Source: Glaucostegus cemiculus (lineage: Eukaryota). Taken from it: a DNA stretch of 64,000 bases. Both the position numbers and the translations under genes were made by a program. The notes beneath the pieces are model-generated. The model was not told the origin of the DNA. It ran no database searches and was given only the letters and a program-made list of their open reading frames with translations. Location: contig CDPCPM010000114.1 in assembly GCA_976551045.1 (NCBI GenBank), positions 7,192,001 through 7,256,000 of the forward strand, given 5' to 3'. Position 1 is the first letter of the stretch, and every line of letters starts with the position of its first letter. Below, piece after piece: positions 13,032 through 25,190 of the stretch.

Positions 13032-13749
13032 GTAAGGCATGTCTGCTTTCTCAGAATGAGAGATTCACAATCTGCCAGAGAGCGACAATAAAAGAAATGA
13101 AGTTACAGTTATGTTTAAACAGCAATGTGCACAAGTAATGGAGGTAGATTGCCACATATATTGGTAAAAATGCTTTTAACCCAGTGTCATTATGCTTTTG
13201 ATATATGCTAACAGACTAAATAATGGAATACCATTACCACTCTAATGGAAACCCACACAATATGTGACCTGGGAATGTTAAGTATTATCCCACATGCAAA
13301 GTGAAGGAGAAAACATTTGTCATCATAGCTACATTTAAAAAACAAAATTAGCAGTCTGTACAATGACACCCTTAATGTTAAGTTGTGAGAATAAGCATAG
13401 TTAATGTTATAAAAATTGTTCAGTAAGGCTTGGTGTGGTCTAGCAGTAAGCTTTAAAATGCTGTGTTTTTTATACATAGCTAATTGCAATTACTTGAGAG
13501 AATTTACTACCTTAATAAAGATGTTACATCACTGGTATATTTACCATTTATTAAATCGGATTCTTGCACAAAGAATTTCTTGGGATTTTTTTTTTATCAT
13601 GTTTATCAGATGAATTAACCAGCTGAATTAGATTCCAGAAGTGAGGGGACTAAGTTGCTCTTTAAGCAAAGTGGACCACTTCTGCTTGTCATTCAGTGGC
13701 ATCTATGGTAAAATAGTTGAGAGAATATTTTAATGGAGTCTTTATCTAA

Positions 13750-14170
13750 TATTAGGGCTATGGTCACTTACTGAACTTGCAGCAAGAGTTCTGGATAACT
13801 GATGCAGAAACAAGAGTGAATCCCACGTGGCAGCTGGGATTTAAATTCAAGTAATTAAACAAACATGGATTTCTTTTTAAAATCTAGCCTTAAATTCCCC
13901 AGCTGCCTTAAATATCTTAGTAAACCAGACAACCCACTGATTTCATGTTACCATTTTTAAGTTCAAGTAAATTGTATATAATAAAAAGCTTGTATTAAAA
14001 TGGTAACATGACATTAACTGGGTTTTACATAAACTGATCAGGTTTTCTCAGATACTTAGGGGAAGGAAATTTGCTTTCTTCACTCAATCTGAGTCCAGAG
14101 CTAACAACACTGTTGACTCTTAACTGCCCCCTCAGTTTAGGGACAGTTCGGGATAGACAATAAATGCTTT
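13750..14170 (+). mobile_element. Old SINE, with related copies at ~7360-7560 and ~52370-52630
   Basis: Shared motifs aatcccac..ggcagctgggatttaaattc, aggggaaggaaat, gttgactcttaactgccc and ataaatgct. Confidence 0.5.
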
Positions 14171-15033
14171 AACCCCTCCCTTAACTCCTCAAGAAGAGAC
14201 CAACCTATTCAGATTTCTTGTCTGTAGGAAAGCTGATTCCATATCATGTAGAATTACTTAAAATAGACAGCACTGAAACCAGCCAGTTACCACATTTGGT
14301 TAGTGGTGGTGTTCATTTTCTTTGTATTGGCCAAAGTCCCCCGGTGGTCAGGACGGCTGACACTATAAAATCACATCATATGGTGCAGGATGTCAAAGTT
14401 ACAAGTTGTGTTTTGCGGATAGTGTGTCCTTTTATTTGAATTCAGATTTGTTCAGATTCCGTTGGACTCACTTGTAAATGAGTAAAGTGATCAGCCTGTT
14501 CTGATTTGGCGTACTGCAAGGATGTTTATTAAAATGGTCTTTCCGTGCCAGCATGCTTTATGGGTACAGGTGTTCTGTTCAGTTCCCTCCTTCTCTTCTC
14601 CACTCGGGAGAATGAACCTCTTGCATGATGGAAAAGGAATTTTGCAGTCTTCAGCTTGATGGCCCTTTCTCCCACTTGCAATAAGGCCTATCAATAAGTA
14701 GCTCCATGAAAAAATAAGTATAAAACACAGCACAATTAAGTTTTGTGGCAGTGCCCTATGTGTCAGCCCAGTTGGAGCAACAAGTAGGATTTTTTTTGGT
14801 AAAAATGTGTCAACGTCTCTGAAATAGGAGTGTGTTGTATGGTGATAGCAGTTTGACCCTGAATTAAGTATAATTGCTTCCTTGCCTGTACTTGGGAGTC
14901 TAGATCCTCCAGACCAACTGTCCTGCTGTAGCTGATGTAACGCAGCAGAAAAGTACTGACCTTCTCATCCAGGCTTCTTTTGCAGAGCTGACCTTTCAAT
15001 GATTCAATTTGCCATTACCTTTTTTTATTAAAG

Positions 15034-15209
15034 GGTCGTGGAGGGTTTGCAGAGAAGAATGCAGCTTGTGGCAGGCTGATCTGTGACGTTGAAATTTCTG
15101 CTAAAGAGTTAATCCGATGCAAGAGTTACAGTTTAACTGAACTGGTCCATCAGATCCTCAAAGCAGAGAGGGATGTCATTCCAGCTGAAAATATTCGGAA
15201 TTTTTATAG
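15034..15209 (+). CDS. POLA1: POLA1 exon ([58 protein letters not shown])
   Basis: T-rich tract plus aag acceptor, gtgagg donor at 15210. 176 nt, phase 0 to 2. Confidence 0.96.
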
Positions 15210-15784
15210 GTGAGGGATGTTTAAAGGTTTGCTCATAGTTTTTTTGTTTGCAAGTGAAAGTTTTGATACCAGGTTATTTAACAAATCCCAATATATTTGC
15301 ATCTAGGACAGAAAGGGAGGGTGCTTCGCTTGGGCCTTTCAACTGTTAGGTCAGATTTCAACTCTTCAGACTTGTGGTTGAAAGCTTCCTTTATCCAATT
15401 GTGATTCCTGCCTGAAACAAACATCAAATCAATTGCTTGTGGGCACCACATTGGTCTTCTGCTTCCTGCATCACTGGTGACAAATGGCAAAGTGCGATGC
15501 AGTTGTAACTCTGATGGTGAAAAAGTTGGTGAAAACACTTAACCACACTATGTCTGACCTGGAGCTCCTGACGATGACACTGGCTGCCCGAAAAGCAGTT
15601 CAATTACTATTCCAGCTCGCAATACATCTCATCCATTTATCGGGTTTATACTGGATAATTTATGTCTCATTGGCATTCTTGCAGAGAATACTGACTGGCT
15701 AGGAAACTGATGGAAACCGCCCTGACACGACATGATTTAAAATTGCAGAGTAAAACCTGACATATTTCATCAGGCTTGTTAAAG

Positions 15785-16035
15785 TAATAGAGTCTCACAG
15801 CACAGCCACAAGTCCTTTGGCCCAACAAGTCTGCGCCGTCCATCGCCCACCCAGTTACATTGCTCCTATACTAATCCTAGTTTGTTCTTCGCATATTCCC
15901 CTCAACTCCCCCCAGGTTCTACCACTCACCTGAACACGAGTTGCAATTCGCTGCAGAGAATCAACCAACCCACTTGACTTTGGAATGTGGAACTCCAAGG
16001 GGAAACCCATGCAATCACAGGGAGAATGTGCAACA
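15785..16035 (-). mobile_element. HE1-like V-SINE, 5'-truncated
   Basis: ctttggaatgtggaa...ggaaacccatgcaatcacagggagaatgtgcaac plus a CR1-like tail (ctttggcccaac). Confidence 0.65.
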
Positions 16036-16039
16036 TAAG

Positions 16040-16982
16040 ATAAAATATTTGTTATTTATTTAAATGATTTGGATGCAAATGCACAAGGCTTGATCAGTAA
16101 GTTTGCAGATGACACAAAATTAGGAGGTGTTATTGATAGTGAAGAATTGGCAGATCATTACACGTATTTCCCACCCACTGCATAGAAAAGGTTGCCTTTC
16201 AGGTCTCTTAAACATTTCCCCTCTCACACTAAACCTATGCCCCCTAGTTTTGGACTGCCCTACCCTGGAGAAAAGACTGGTAGCATCCACCTTATCCATG
16301 CCTCTCATAATGTAAACATTTCAATAAGGTTGTCCCTCATTCTCATATGTTTCAAGGAGTTAAGACCTAGCCTGGTCAGCCTCTCCCTATAGCTTATGCC
16401 CACCAGTCCTGGTAACATCCTTGTGAATCTTCTCTGCATTCTTTAATGACATCTTTCCTAGAACAGGGTGACCAAAACTGTACACAGTACTCCAAGTGTG
16501 GCCTCACCAATGACTTGTCCAACTGCAACATAACATCCTAACTACTATACTCAATGCCCTGACTGATGAAGGCCAGTGTAAATTTTTTTAAATTTTACTT
16601 ACAACGTGGTAACAGGCCCTTTCGGCCCAACGAGTCCACGCCGCCCATTTTAAACACCCCAGATTAACCTACCCGTACGTCTTTAGAATGTGGGAGGAAA
16701 CCGGAGCACCCGGAGGAAACCCACGCAGACACGGGAGAACGTACAAACTCCTTACAGACAGCGATGGGAATCGAACCCCGATCGCTGGCGCTGTAACAGT
16801 GTTGTGCTAACTGCTATGCTATCGTGTACTAAATGCCTTTTTCACCACTCTGTCTACCTGTGATGCCACTTTCAGTGAACTATGCATTGAAATTCATTTG
16901 TCATTCCTCGGCCCACTTCCCTAATGCATGGACTCGTTGGGCCGAAGGGCCTGCATCCATGCCGTATTGCTCAATGCTCTAT
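16040..16982. mobile_element. CR1 LINE remnant with an internal inversion
   Basis: + strand RT motif FADDTK (tttgcagatgacacaaaa, ~16102). - strand [12 protein letters not shown]-coding segment within 16161-16921. + strand 3' tail at 16927-16982. Confidence 0.8.
16580..16826 (-). mobile_element. Young V-SINE, tail type A, nested in CR1
   Basis: Near reverse complement of 12231-12470. Splits the CR1 sequence gatgaaggccagtgt|tactaaatgccttttt. Confidence 0.9.
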
Positions 16983-17245
16983 CTTAGTCACCTGTACATC
17001 GAAACACACAGTGAAATGCATCTTTATGTGTGGAGTGTTCTGGGGCAGCCCACAAGTGTCACCGCACTTCCGGCGCCAACGTAGCAAGCCTGCAACTTCC
17101 TACATATTTGGAATGTGGGAGGAAACCGGAACACCCGGAGGAAACCCACGCAGACACAGGGAGAACATACAAACTCCTTACAGACGGTGGCTGGAATTGA
17201 ACCTGGGTCGTTGGTGCTGTAATAACGTTACACTAACCGCTATAC
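16983..17245 (-). mobile_element. V-SINE, tail type B
   Basis: ttagtcacctgtacatcgaaacacacagtgaaatgcatc...ggaggaaacccacgcagacacagggagaac. Confidence 0.85.
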
Positions 17246-17744
17246 AGACAGCACCAGAGATCAGGATTGAACTAGATTACTGAAACACCAGATCTCTCTG
17301 GCTTTCAATGCCAACTGTTTTTCCTGGTAGCACGTATGCAGCATTTATGTTCAGTAGTAATGTCCTTACTTAGATGCTTCCTTACATATCCATTCATATA
17401 ATGTCTATCAATGGTTTTCATTCCTTCATTTGCCCTGTTGCCTCAAGCTTCCTAAGGATCTGAACTTTTCTACTTCCTGATACCCATTGTTCTTTGGCAA
17501 CAGGTATCCAGCAATATTGTTATCATGTATAATAGGTTGACCAACGTTGTTCTGCACTGACATGTGCAACCCTTTAATGTCCTTGTAAGACTGCTTGTCT
17601 TTGAAGCAGATTTGGCTGAGCCAGAGTTTCCTTCTGTAAGTAAATAAATAATAATGTCTTTGTCCTCTGTTATCAGTAGTGATTGAATTGAGGAATCTCA
17701 GTTGTAAACCTTGGCAAAATGCAAGACAGTCTTAAGAAAAAGAT

Positions 17745-17882
17745 CTTTATCTTTATTAGTAAGATATCTTCATTAGTCACATGTACATCGAAACACAGCG
17801 AAATGCATCTTTTGCGTAGAATAACCTGGGGCGCAGCCCGCAAGTGTCACCACGCTTCCAACGTCAGCGTTGCATGCCCATA
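17745..17882 (-). mobile_element. 5'-truncated type-B SINE (tail only)
   Basis: attagtcacatgtacatcgaaacacagcgaaatgcatc...gcagcccgcaagtgtcaccacgcttcc. Confidence 0.75.
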
Positions 17883-18183
17883 GTCTTAAGAGTTGTTCTT
17901 CTCATTATTAGACTTTCATTAGTCTCTGTAAAGTGTCTTTTTATGATTTCGGGAGCTGCCAAAGTACTTTTGAACTGTAGTCACTACATGATATGTTTAT
18001 ATATATATAGGCACAACTTGGTGGGCCGAAGGGCCTGTTTTGTGCTGTATTGTTCTATGGTAACTGCAAGCAGTAACTTGCATTAAAGTTGTTGCAGGAA
18101 ACTAATTTAGTAGCTAGTGTTGTATGTACTGTATCTGCTGCTGTATGTTGTGATGGTTTTAACCTGTTGCTCTGTTCTACTAG

Positions 18184-18313
18184 TGACTCTCCACGACTCA
18201 TGCATCTACTTGAGAATACCTGGATGGATGCAAAATACATCCTGCAGATCATGTGTGAACTCAATGTGCTTCCTTTAGCTCTGCAAATAACTAACATTGC
18301 TGGAAATGTCATG
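18184..18313 (+). CDS. POLA1: POLA1 exon ([44 protein letters not shown])
   Basis: ctag acceptor, gtaatg donor at 18314. 130 nt, phase 2 to 0. Confidence 0.97.
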
Positions 18314-20386
18314 GTAATGTAATTTTCATGAATTATGATGTTCAAGTCATTGCTAAACTCCTGCCAATGTTGTCAATCTAACCATTGGAGTCGTACTTTT
18401 AAAAAATCAGTGTTTAATTGTTTCAGGTTGAAATATCAAAACCATTGTCAAAGTTATGCAGATAATAACAATGTGCCAACAATATAACTTTCTCCCCCAA
18501 GTTTCTTGGCTTCAGTACATCAATATTTGATATTGTAAGCTGATCTGTATATTTTACCTGCAGGTAAGGTTCTACCACATGCACTGTAAATCTTACCAGT
18601 AGCAGATGAATACTTAGTTGTACTGATGAAAGGAATTTCCCTTGTACCGCTGAAGGAATTTGCTCTTGCAAGCATAACATGCAGCCAGAGGTATTGGTAT
18701 TATGGTATAGCCAGTTCCTGGCTGATTGAGTATAGTTACACCACTAACCTACTGTTATCAAAATTCACTTCCAGCTGAAACCCATCAATTTTATTGCCCA
18801 TCAACACCAATCTTAATTCAACAGACCAACATAATGTTTTTAATGAATTTAAAAAAAAAGTCTCTGCATAAGAATCGTTAATCAACTTAAGAATTTTTTT
18901 TTATTTTGTGGAACACTGCAAGTGTTATTTATGTATGTTTGTTTTTATGATGCGCATCTCCTGTCTACCTTGATCTTGATTGTAGAATTGTGTTTTTAGG
19001 TTGGCATTTCTAATGGCAAAATCCATTGTGAGCGTTTGCTGACACAGTGCATCTACAGTTCTCCTCCATTGTTGCTCTCTTCTGTCTGCCTCTCCCAACC
19101 GCTGCAAGGCTCAGCTTGTTACACTCTTTCAGTTTTCCCCTCCAAATGGCTTTTGCTTCTGTTAAGGCTTGAAACTTCTGCTGGGTCCGATTCTGGCTCT
19201 GTCTGCTTCTTGCTGCACATCCTCTGAAATATCCTTTGAAAATTTCTGTTGCTACCTTGTTGGTCATCCTGTTGTTTGTGTGTTGGCCACCTCTGCTTTG
19301 TGTGTTCATTGGCTTGTTTTTAGTTTTCTGGGCAGTTAGCTGACCACAGTCAGCTACTATATCATCTTATCCCACATACCCACTGGTCCATTTGAATTTA
19401 TTAATTCAGCAGTGCCTGTTGCTCCATTTAATAAATATCTTGCTACTTTGCCTACATACTCTTGAGTATTTTTTTCTCTTGCACTCCCAAAGATTATTTA
19501 AGTTTGTTACTTAGACCTGGATGTTGCTGCCAACTTTGGTGTGGACCTCACTTGCAACTTTGTTCCCATATCCCTAATAATCTGCCCACCTCACTAAAAG
19601 CTGGAGTGACAAGGCCTTGCTGCTGAAGGTTTAAAAAACAGAGTGGAGGGTGGGGAATGGGGCTGGGGGGAGGGAGATCATGAGAGAGGACGGTATGGTG
19701 AAGATGACGGCAGGAGAAACACTTTGATGGAAATGTGGCATGGAGACATAGAGATGAATAGGATAGGAGACATCAAGGAGAGTGGAAGTCAAATTCACAA
19801 ATGAGGAAAGATGACATGAAGTGAAGTCAGTCAGAGGGAGGCCACAGTGGAGGTATTTATAATTTGGGGAGGGGGGGTGGAGGGGAAGGGAGGTCAGTTA
19901 CCCAACTGGTAGATGCAGAGAGGTTGAAGATACTGACCCTGCAAAGTATGAAGACACTTTGAAAGATAAGAAAGAGATAATTTGCAGTGGGATGGTTGTG
20001 GAGAAAGGGACACGTTATAGGGTGTCAGAAGCAGGTAAAGATCAAGTGAATGGACAACTTGCTGTGAGCATCGTGAAAGAGTTACTAATTTATCTCACAC
20101 TTAAACTAGCATATCCATTGTGACATTGTTCAGGAGTAAGCAGAGATGCTGTTTTATGTAACTTCCGAGGATGTTACCAAATCTTGACTGAGACTCGGGA
20201 AATACTCTTTGATATTACTAATAAATTCTGCACCTCATTGATGGAGGTTACACTCTTTATAATTCTATGAATGTTACCAATAAAGCATTAAAGAAAATGA
20301 GCTACATTGGTGGCAAATATTGGTTGTGTGCAAGACTATTATTACTGATGAATAATATGCTTTAAATGTTAATTTATTTCTCTTAG

Positions 20387-20506
20387 TCACGAACACTGAT
20401 GGGGGGCCGTTCCGAGAGGAATGAATATTTACTGCTGCATGCTTTCCATGAAAAGAACTACATTGTACCAGACAAACCTTCTTTCAAAAAGCATGTGCAG
20501 GAGCAC
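20387..20506 (+). CDS. POLA1: POLA1 exon ([40 protein letters not shown])
   Basis: tcttag acceptor, gtgagt donor at 20507. 120 nt. [14 protein letters not shown]...YIVPDK motif. Confidence 0.97.
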
Positions 20507-20639
20507 GTGAGTACAGTTGTTATATGAGTACTCCCTGTGTTGTTTCCTTGATTCCGCTGCTGAGGTGTGCCCACAAGGACTTGATGCCATTTGGTGGCAT
20601 TAAACACCATTCCATTAGTTTGTTCAATGTTTTTATCTC

Positions 20640-21380
20640 ACTTTTTCATGGTGATGGGCATTGCTGGCAAGACCAACATTTATTGACTATCCATAATTGC
20701 CCTTCAGAAGATTATTGCTTTAAATTGCTATAGTCCTTCCAACAAGGGCATTCCAACTTGGAAAGTTCTAGGATTCTGACCCTGCCTTGTTGGAGGAACA
20801 GTGATATATTGCCAGGATAGGATGGGTTGTGACATGGATGTGGTGGTGTTCCCATGCAGATGCTACCTGTTATTGTGTGTGATTGAGGTTGAAGACCCTG
20901 TTGAAGAATCCTTGGCACATTGCTGATTGCATCTTGTAAATGGCGCACACACCATCCATGGGGATGGGTGATGTGGAGCTTCTTGAGTGAGGTTTGAGCC
21001 ACGCCCATAGAGGGGAGAGTATACCATTATACTTGTGTAAAAGTAGTGGATAAGAGAGCGAGTCACTTGCCTCTGAATAATCTGTTTGACGATTGTTAAC
21101 ACGACATTTATGTGATTGTCTAATTAAATTTCTGATCTCAGTTGCTGGTGATGGATTCAGTACTTGATGCCTTTAAATGCAGATGGTTAAGCCTTTCACT
21201 TTATTGAAATGGTCATTGACCATCACTTGCATGGCACTCATGTTGCTTCCTGCATGGGGACGTGGTTGCTTTATTATTTGAGGCATTATACACTGCATTC
21301 ACAACAAACATCCTCACTTCTAATGTCATGTTGAAGATGACTGGGCCTGGAACATTGTCCTGAGGAACTCCTACAGTGAT
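20640..21380 (-). mobile_element. Degenerate LINE fragments (CR1/L2 group)
   Basis: Minus-strand ORF 21213-21437 contains VGVPQDNVPGPVIF, resembling RT motif GVPQGSVLGP.LF. 3' end gggcattgctggcaagaccaacatttattg. Confidence 0.55.
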
Positions 21381-22374
21381 ATGGGATAAATAAAGTAATG
21401 GCAGAGAAATTAAACAAATAATTTGTGTCTGTCTCAACAGACAAAGACAAGGAAAATCTCCTGCAAATTGTGGAGAACTACAAGTCTAGAGTGAATGAAA
21501 AACGCAAATATATTAGCATTTACAAAAAGCAGCATATTTGGGGGTGAAAAAGATTGCCGACATTTCATATCGAAACCCCGGATCAGGACTGAGTGGAAAG
21601 AGGAGTCTGCTACCATTCCCTTTCCCACAAAAAACTGAAGTGGATGTGTCCATTCCTGACAGTCACAATCTGAGGATCGTTCTGTGCTTAATATGGAATG
21701 AAATAGCTTATGAGGAAATAACTATATATCCTATTAATATTATAGGGTGGATGGGTGCTGTATGTATTTTATTTCTGTACCTATATTGTTCTGCTGTAGT
21801 GTGCTTTCAATGACATATCACTTGAATACTGAAATCTGGCAGAATGAATCCATTTTCAATTGACAGGCAATTTCATATGAAGGCAATTGGGTGTCATAAT
21901 GCTGCAGTAAAATTCTAGACACAGAGAGACGGCTGAGAGGATAGTGTAAATAACTGTGGAATTGTAAAATTAGGGTTCTGATGAGCTTTCAATTATTTTT
22001 TATAGGACTTTGAAAAATGCCTATTTAAAAAAAAAATTAAGCCCAATTTTTCTGATGCATATGCCTTCCGAGGTTTCTGTTCCATTTTCTTTAACTTATA
22101 GGTGCTCAGTTTTAGGATTATTTTTAAAATATTTTTTTTTCCTGACACAATTTACCAAAACTGACTTTTTCAAGCTTTCCGAAACTCGGATAATTTACTT
22201 ACAAAAATATAAGTGGCAATAGTTTCTCAAGGAAGAGCTCTTGATGCCTCTGGACATCTCAAACTGCTTTTGATAATCAAATATTTCTGATGTGCAGTCG
22301 CTGATGTAGTGTAGGAAGTGTGCACAGCATTGCCTACAAACAACGTGATTATTGTTTGACCCTTGGACTTTCAG

Positions 22375-22486
22375 GTAGATGATGATGAGGAGCACATTGA
22401 TGGTGGAGGTGGAAATGTGGGAAAAATGAAGAAAGGTCGAAGAAAAGCAGCTTATGCCGGTGGCTTGGTTTTGGACCCCAAAGTTG
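22375..22486 (+). CDS. POLA1: POLA1 exon ([37 protein letters not shown])
   Basis: tttcag acceptor, gtaagt donor at 22487. 112 nt, phase 0 to 1. [11 protein letters not shown]-family motif. Confidence 0.95.
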
Positions 22487-22579
22487 GTAAGTTTAAGTAC
22501 TGAATAAACTATACTGCATTGTTTTCCTCCTTTAACCTCACATCTTTTTTGCATATGATTTTCCCCATTGCCTCCTTTA

Positions 22580-22810
22580 GATAAGATATCTTTATTAGTC
22601 ACATGTGCATAGAAAGACACAGTGAAGTACATCTTTTGTGTAGGGTGTTCTGGGGGCAGCCCGCAAGTGTCGCCACGCTTCTGGCGCCAACGTAGTATGC
22701 CCACAACTTCCTAACCCCTACGTCTTTGGAATGTGGGGGGGAATCAGAGCACCCGGAGGAAACCCACGCAGACACTGGGGGAACATACAAACTCCTTACA
22801 GAAAGCAGCA
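22580..22810 (-). mobile_element. V-SINE, tail type B, 5'-truncated
   Basis: gataagatatctttattagtcacatg...gagcacccggaggaaacccacgcagacac. Confidence 0.85.
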
Positions 22811-23017
22811 TTAATGTACTGCAGATGAATTTACATATGAACCAATGAATGTATATGCCAGCAAATTAATTATGAATAGGAGCTGGCCACTCGGGCTCTC
22901 AAGACTTTTCCACCATTCAGTAAGGTTTAAGGTTGAACTGATTGTTACCTCCATTGTGCATTCTGCCTACCTCTGGTAACCTTTCACCTCTCTTGCTTGT
23001 CAAGAACTACCTATGAT

Positions 23018-23215
23018 TAAAAACTGAAAATGCTGGAAACACTCAGCCAGGTCAGGCAGTATCTATGGAAAGAGAACCAGAATTAACATTTCAGAGCAAA
23101 GACCCTTTGTCAGAACTGGGAAAGAGGAAATCAGTTAGTTTTAAGTTGCAGAGAAGGTGGGGGAGGCAACATGGTGAATCTCCTCCGCCCCCTCACCTTC
23201 TCTACCTCTAAATTA
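23018..23215 (-). mobile_element. Penelope-derived pLTR element with eroded hammerhead core
   Basis: Reverse complement ccagttCTGACAAagggtctttgctctGAAAtgttaattctgg. Short inverted copy of ccaccttctct at ~23190-23205. Confidence 0.65.
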
Positions 23216-23440
23216 CAGAATTTTAACCTGGTCTTTACTCGGGTTTCTCAGTTAAGTGAATCCCCCACTTCCAACACACAATCAGGACATAGGTTTGTCA
23301 TCTCTCTCTTGCTATTGGAATACAAGATGCTCAGTCCCTTCTGGGCGATCTGTTCTGCAGCTTCATTTGCCTGACTGATTTGAAAGCAGCATTAGTCGAA
23401 CAGTTGGATTCTTATAATTGTTGATCTGGTTTTTTTTTAG

Positions 23441-23565
23441 GCTTCTATGATAAGTTTATACTGCTGCTCGACTTCAATAGCTTGTATCCTTCAATCATTC
23501 AAGAATTCAATATCTGTTTCACCACGGTACAGAGAACTGCCTCAAATTCTCGGAGGAATCTGGAG
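23441..23565 (+). CDS. POLA1: POLA1 exon with motif A ([42 protein letters not shown])
   Basis: Poly-T plus ag acceptor, gtagga donor at 23566. 125 nt, phase 1 to 0. Catalytic DFNSLYPS. Confidence 0.98.
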
Positions 23566-25040
23566 GTAGGAGCAATGTTTCCAATGGTTAGTGCATGTGA
23601 AATTTGGAAGAGATGGAACGGGACCTTCCTATAAATGATTCCTGTTAGTGATTCATGACTAGCAAATACATATTTCCAAGCAGGGCAGTGTGCATCCTAG
23701 AGGGGAAGTTGTGGTCGTGCCATTCCCATTCTGCCTGGACCTCCCAGCTCATGGTCTTGGGAAGTGCTGGCGCGGTAGCCTTATTGCTTTTTAACTTTTA
23801 AATCTCTGCTACTATTATGACTGTTTACTGGGCTACTTGAAGGTGTGATACCCAGTTAACTTATTTTATCTTGCCACTTATTTTCCATTGTCGCTGTCTG
23901 CCATAAGCAAGTGTCATGCTCATTGAAATGAGAATAAGCTTTAATGTGCTGAAACCTGATGCGAATGTTCAAATAGATGATGATTTTCTTAGTTTCTATT
24001 GCTGGAGCATCAATACAGCAAAAAGTGGATGCATCTCTTACTGATTGTAGATTTAAAATTAATTTATATTTCATTGTAACTAATTTTATTACTTTTTCAG
24101 CAACCTCCAAAAATACATGTTATACTGTATATGCATTATAGATGTATATTGCAAATTTTATATACTTTGCCGATATTATCGATTGGGAATGGTATTGATT
24201 TTGGTAAATGCTTTGATAGTTGGTGGAATTCTATTGAAAAATCTCTTCACTGTGAGAGTACTTGGAGCGGTTTTGTTGGCACTTGAAGCAATAGGACCAT
24301 TTACTTCTCATCAACTCTCTTGAAGCAAGCACAAGATCTGAAACATTAATAGGTTGTATCATACTCCTATTCAGGTTGCAACCTCCTCGTATCTCCTCCT
24401 TGCTGGCCAGCTCATCTTCGACTTCCATGTTTCATTGCACAGGCGTGAAAATCCAAGATGAGCTGCAAGTTGGATAATTCCATGATTTTAACCTCTGCTC
24501 CGACACCGGATTCAGGTCTGAGCCCAACAGCAGAGCAGTGACTTGATGAGTATCTGGGCCCTCAGTTCTGGGCCAGCACTGGTCTGAATTGGGTCACCGA
24601 CCCCGTAAGATGTGCTGCTGAATCATTTGCTTACTTTCTTAATGTTTATGATAACTTTCCAGGACTTCAAAGTCAAAGTTAAGTTTATTGTCACATGTAT
24701 AGGTGCAACGAAAAATGTCTGCAGCAGCATCACAGGCGCATAGCACTAGAGGTTCTTCATTAAATTGTTTTTCTATTTTTAAAGCAGCTTTAAAACTTAT
24801 TTCAGCATTTCTCTGACATTTGGCAGTGGTGAGTTGACCAAAGCTTATCAGGATATTTCAGTGGCAGAGCATCAGGATCCACTGTGTGAGGCCTAGTTGC
24901 TACTCGAGGCCTGCTCCACTTGGGAAGACACTCAGGCTGTTGATATCCAGATTGGGTTCATGCATCTGCATGTGATGAAGGTTTGGCCAGTGGGCTGCAT
25001 CCAGTATCTCCTATTCCGTATCACATTTCTTTCCCCTTAG

Positions 25041-25190
25041 GGTGACGAACTAGAAGAAATACCTGAACTGCCAGACCAAGATCAGGAGATGGGTATTCTG
25101 CCCAAGGAAATCCGGAAATTGGTGGAGAGGCGACGACAAGTCAAAAACCTGATGAAGCAACCAGACTTAAACCATGATCTCTACTTGCAG
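25041..25190 (+). CDS. POLA1: POLA1 exon ([50 protein letters not shown])
   Basis: ccttag acceptor, gtaatt donor at 25191. 150 nt. Fingers-region [13 protein letters not shown]. Confidence 0.97.

Noticed and set aside
19640-19900. G-run clusters as functional G-quadruplexes
   Set aside because: They lie in a purine-rich tract that looks like degenerate LINE sequence, and nothing beyond composition supports function.
22195-22704. 169-aa minus-strand ORF
   Set aside because: Chimera of a SINE and the antisense strand of a POLA1 exon.
23977-24044. Possible C/D box snoRNA (ATGATGA at 23977, CTGA at 24041)
   Set aside because: No convincing terminal stem and no recognisable 10-nt or longer complementarity to rRNA or snRNA next to the D or D' boxes. 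Such motif pairs arise by chance.
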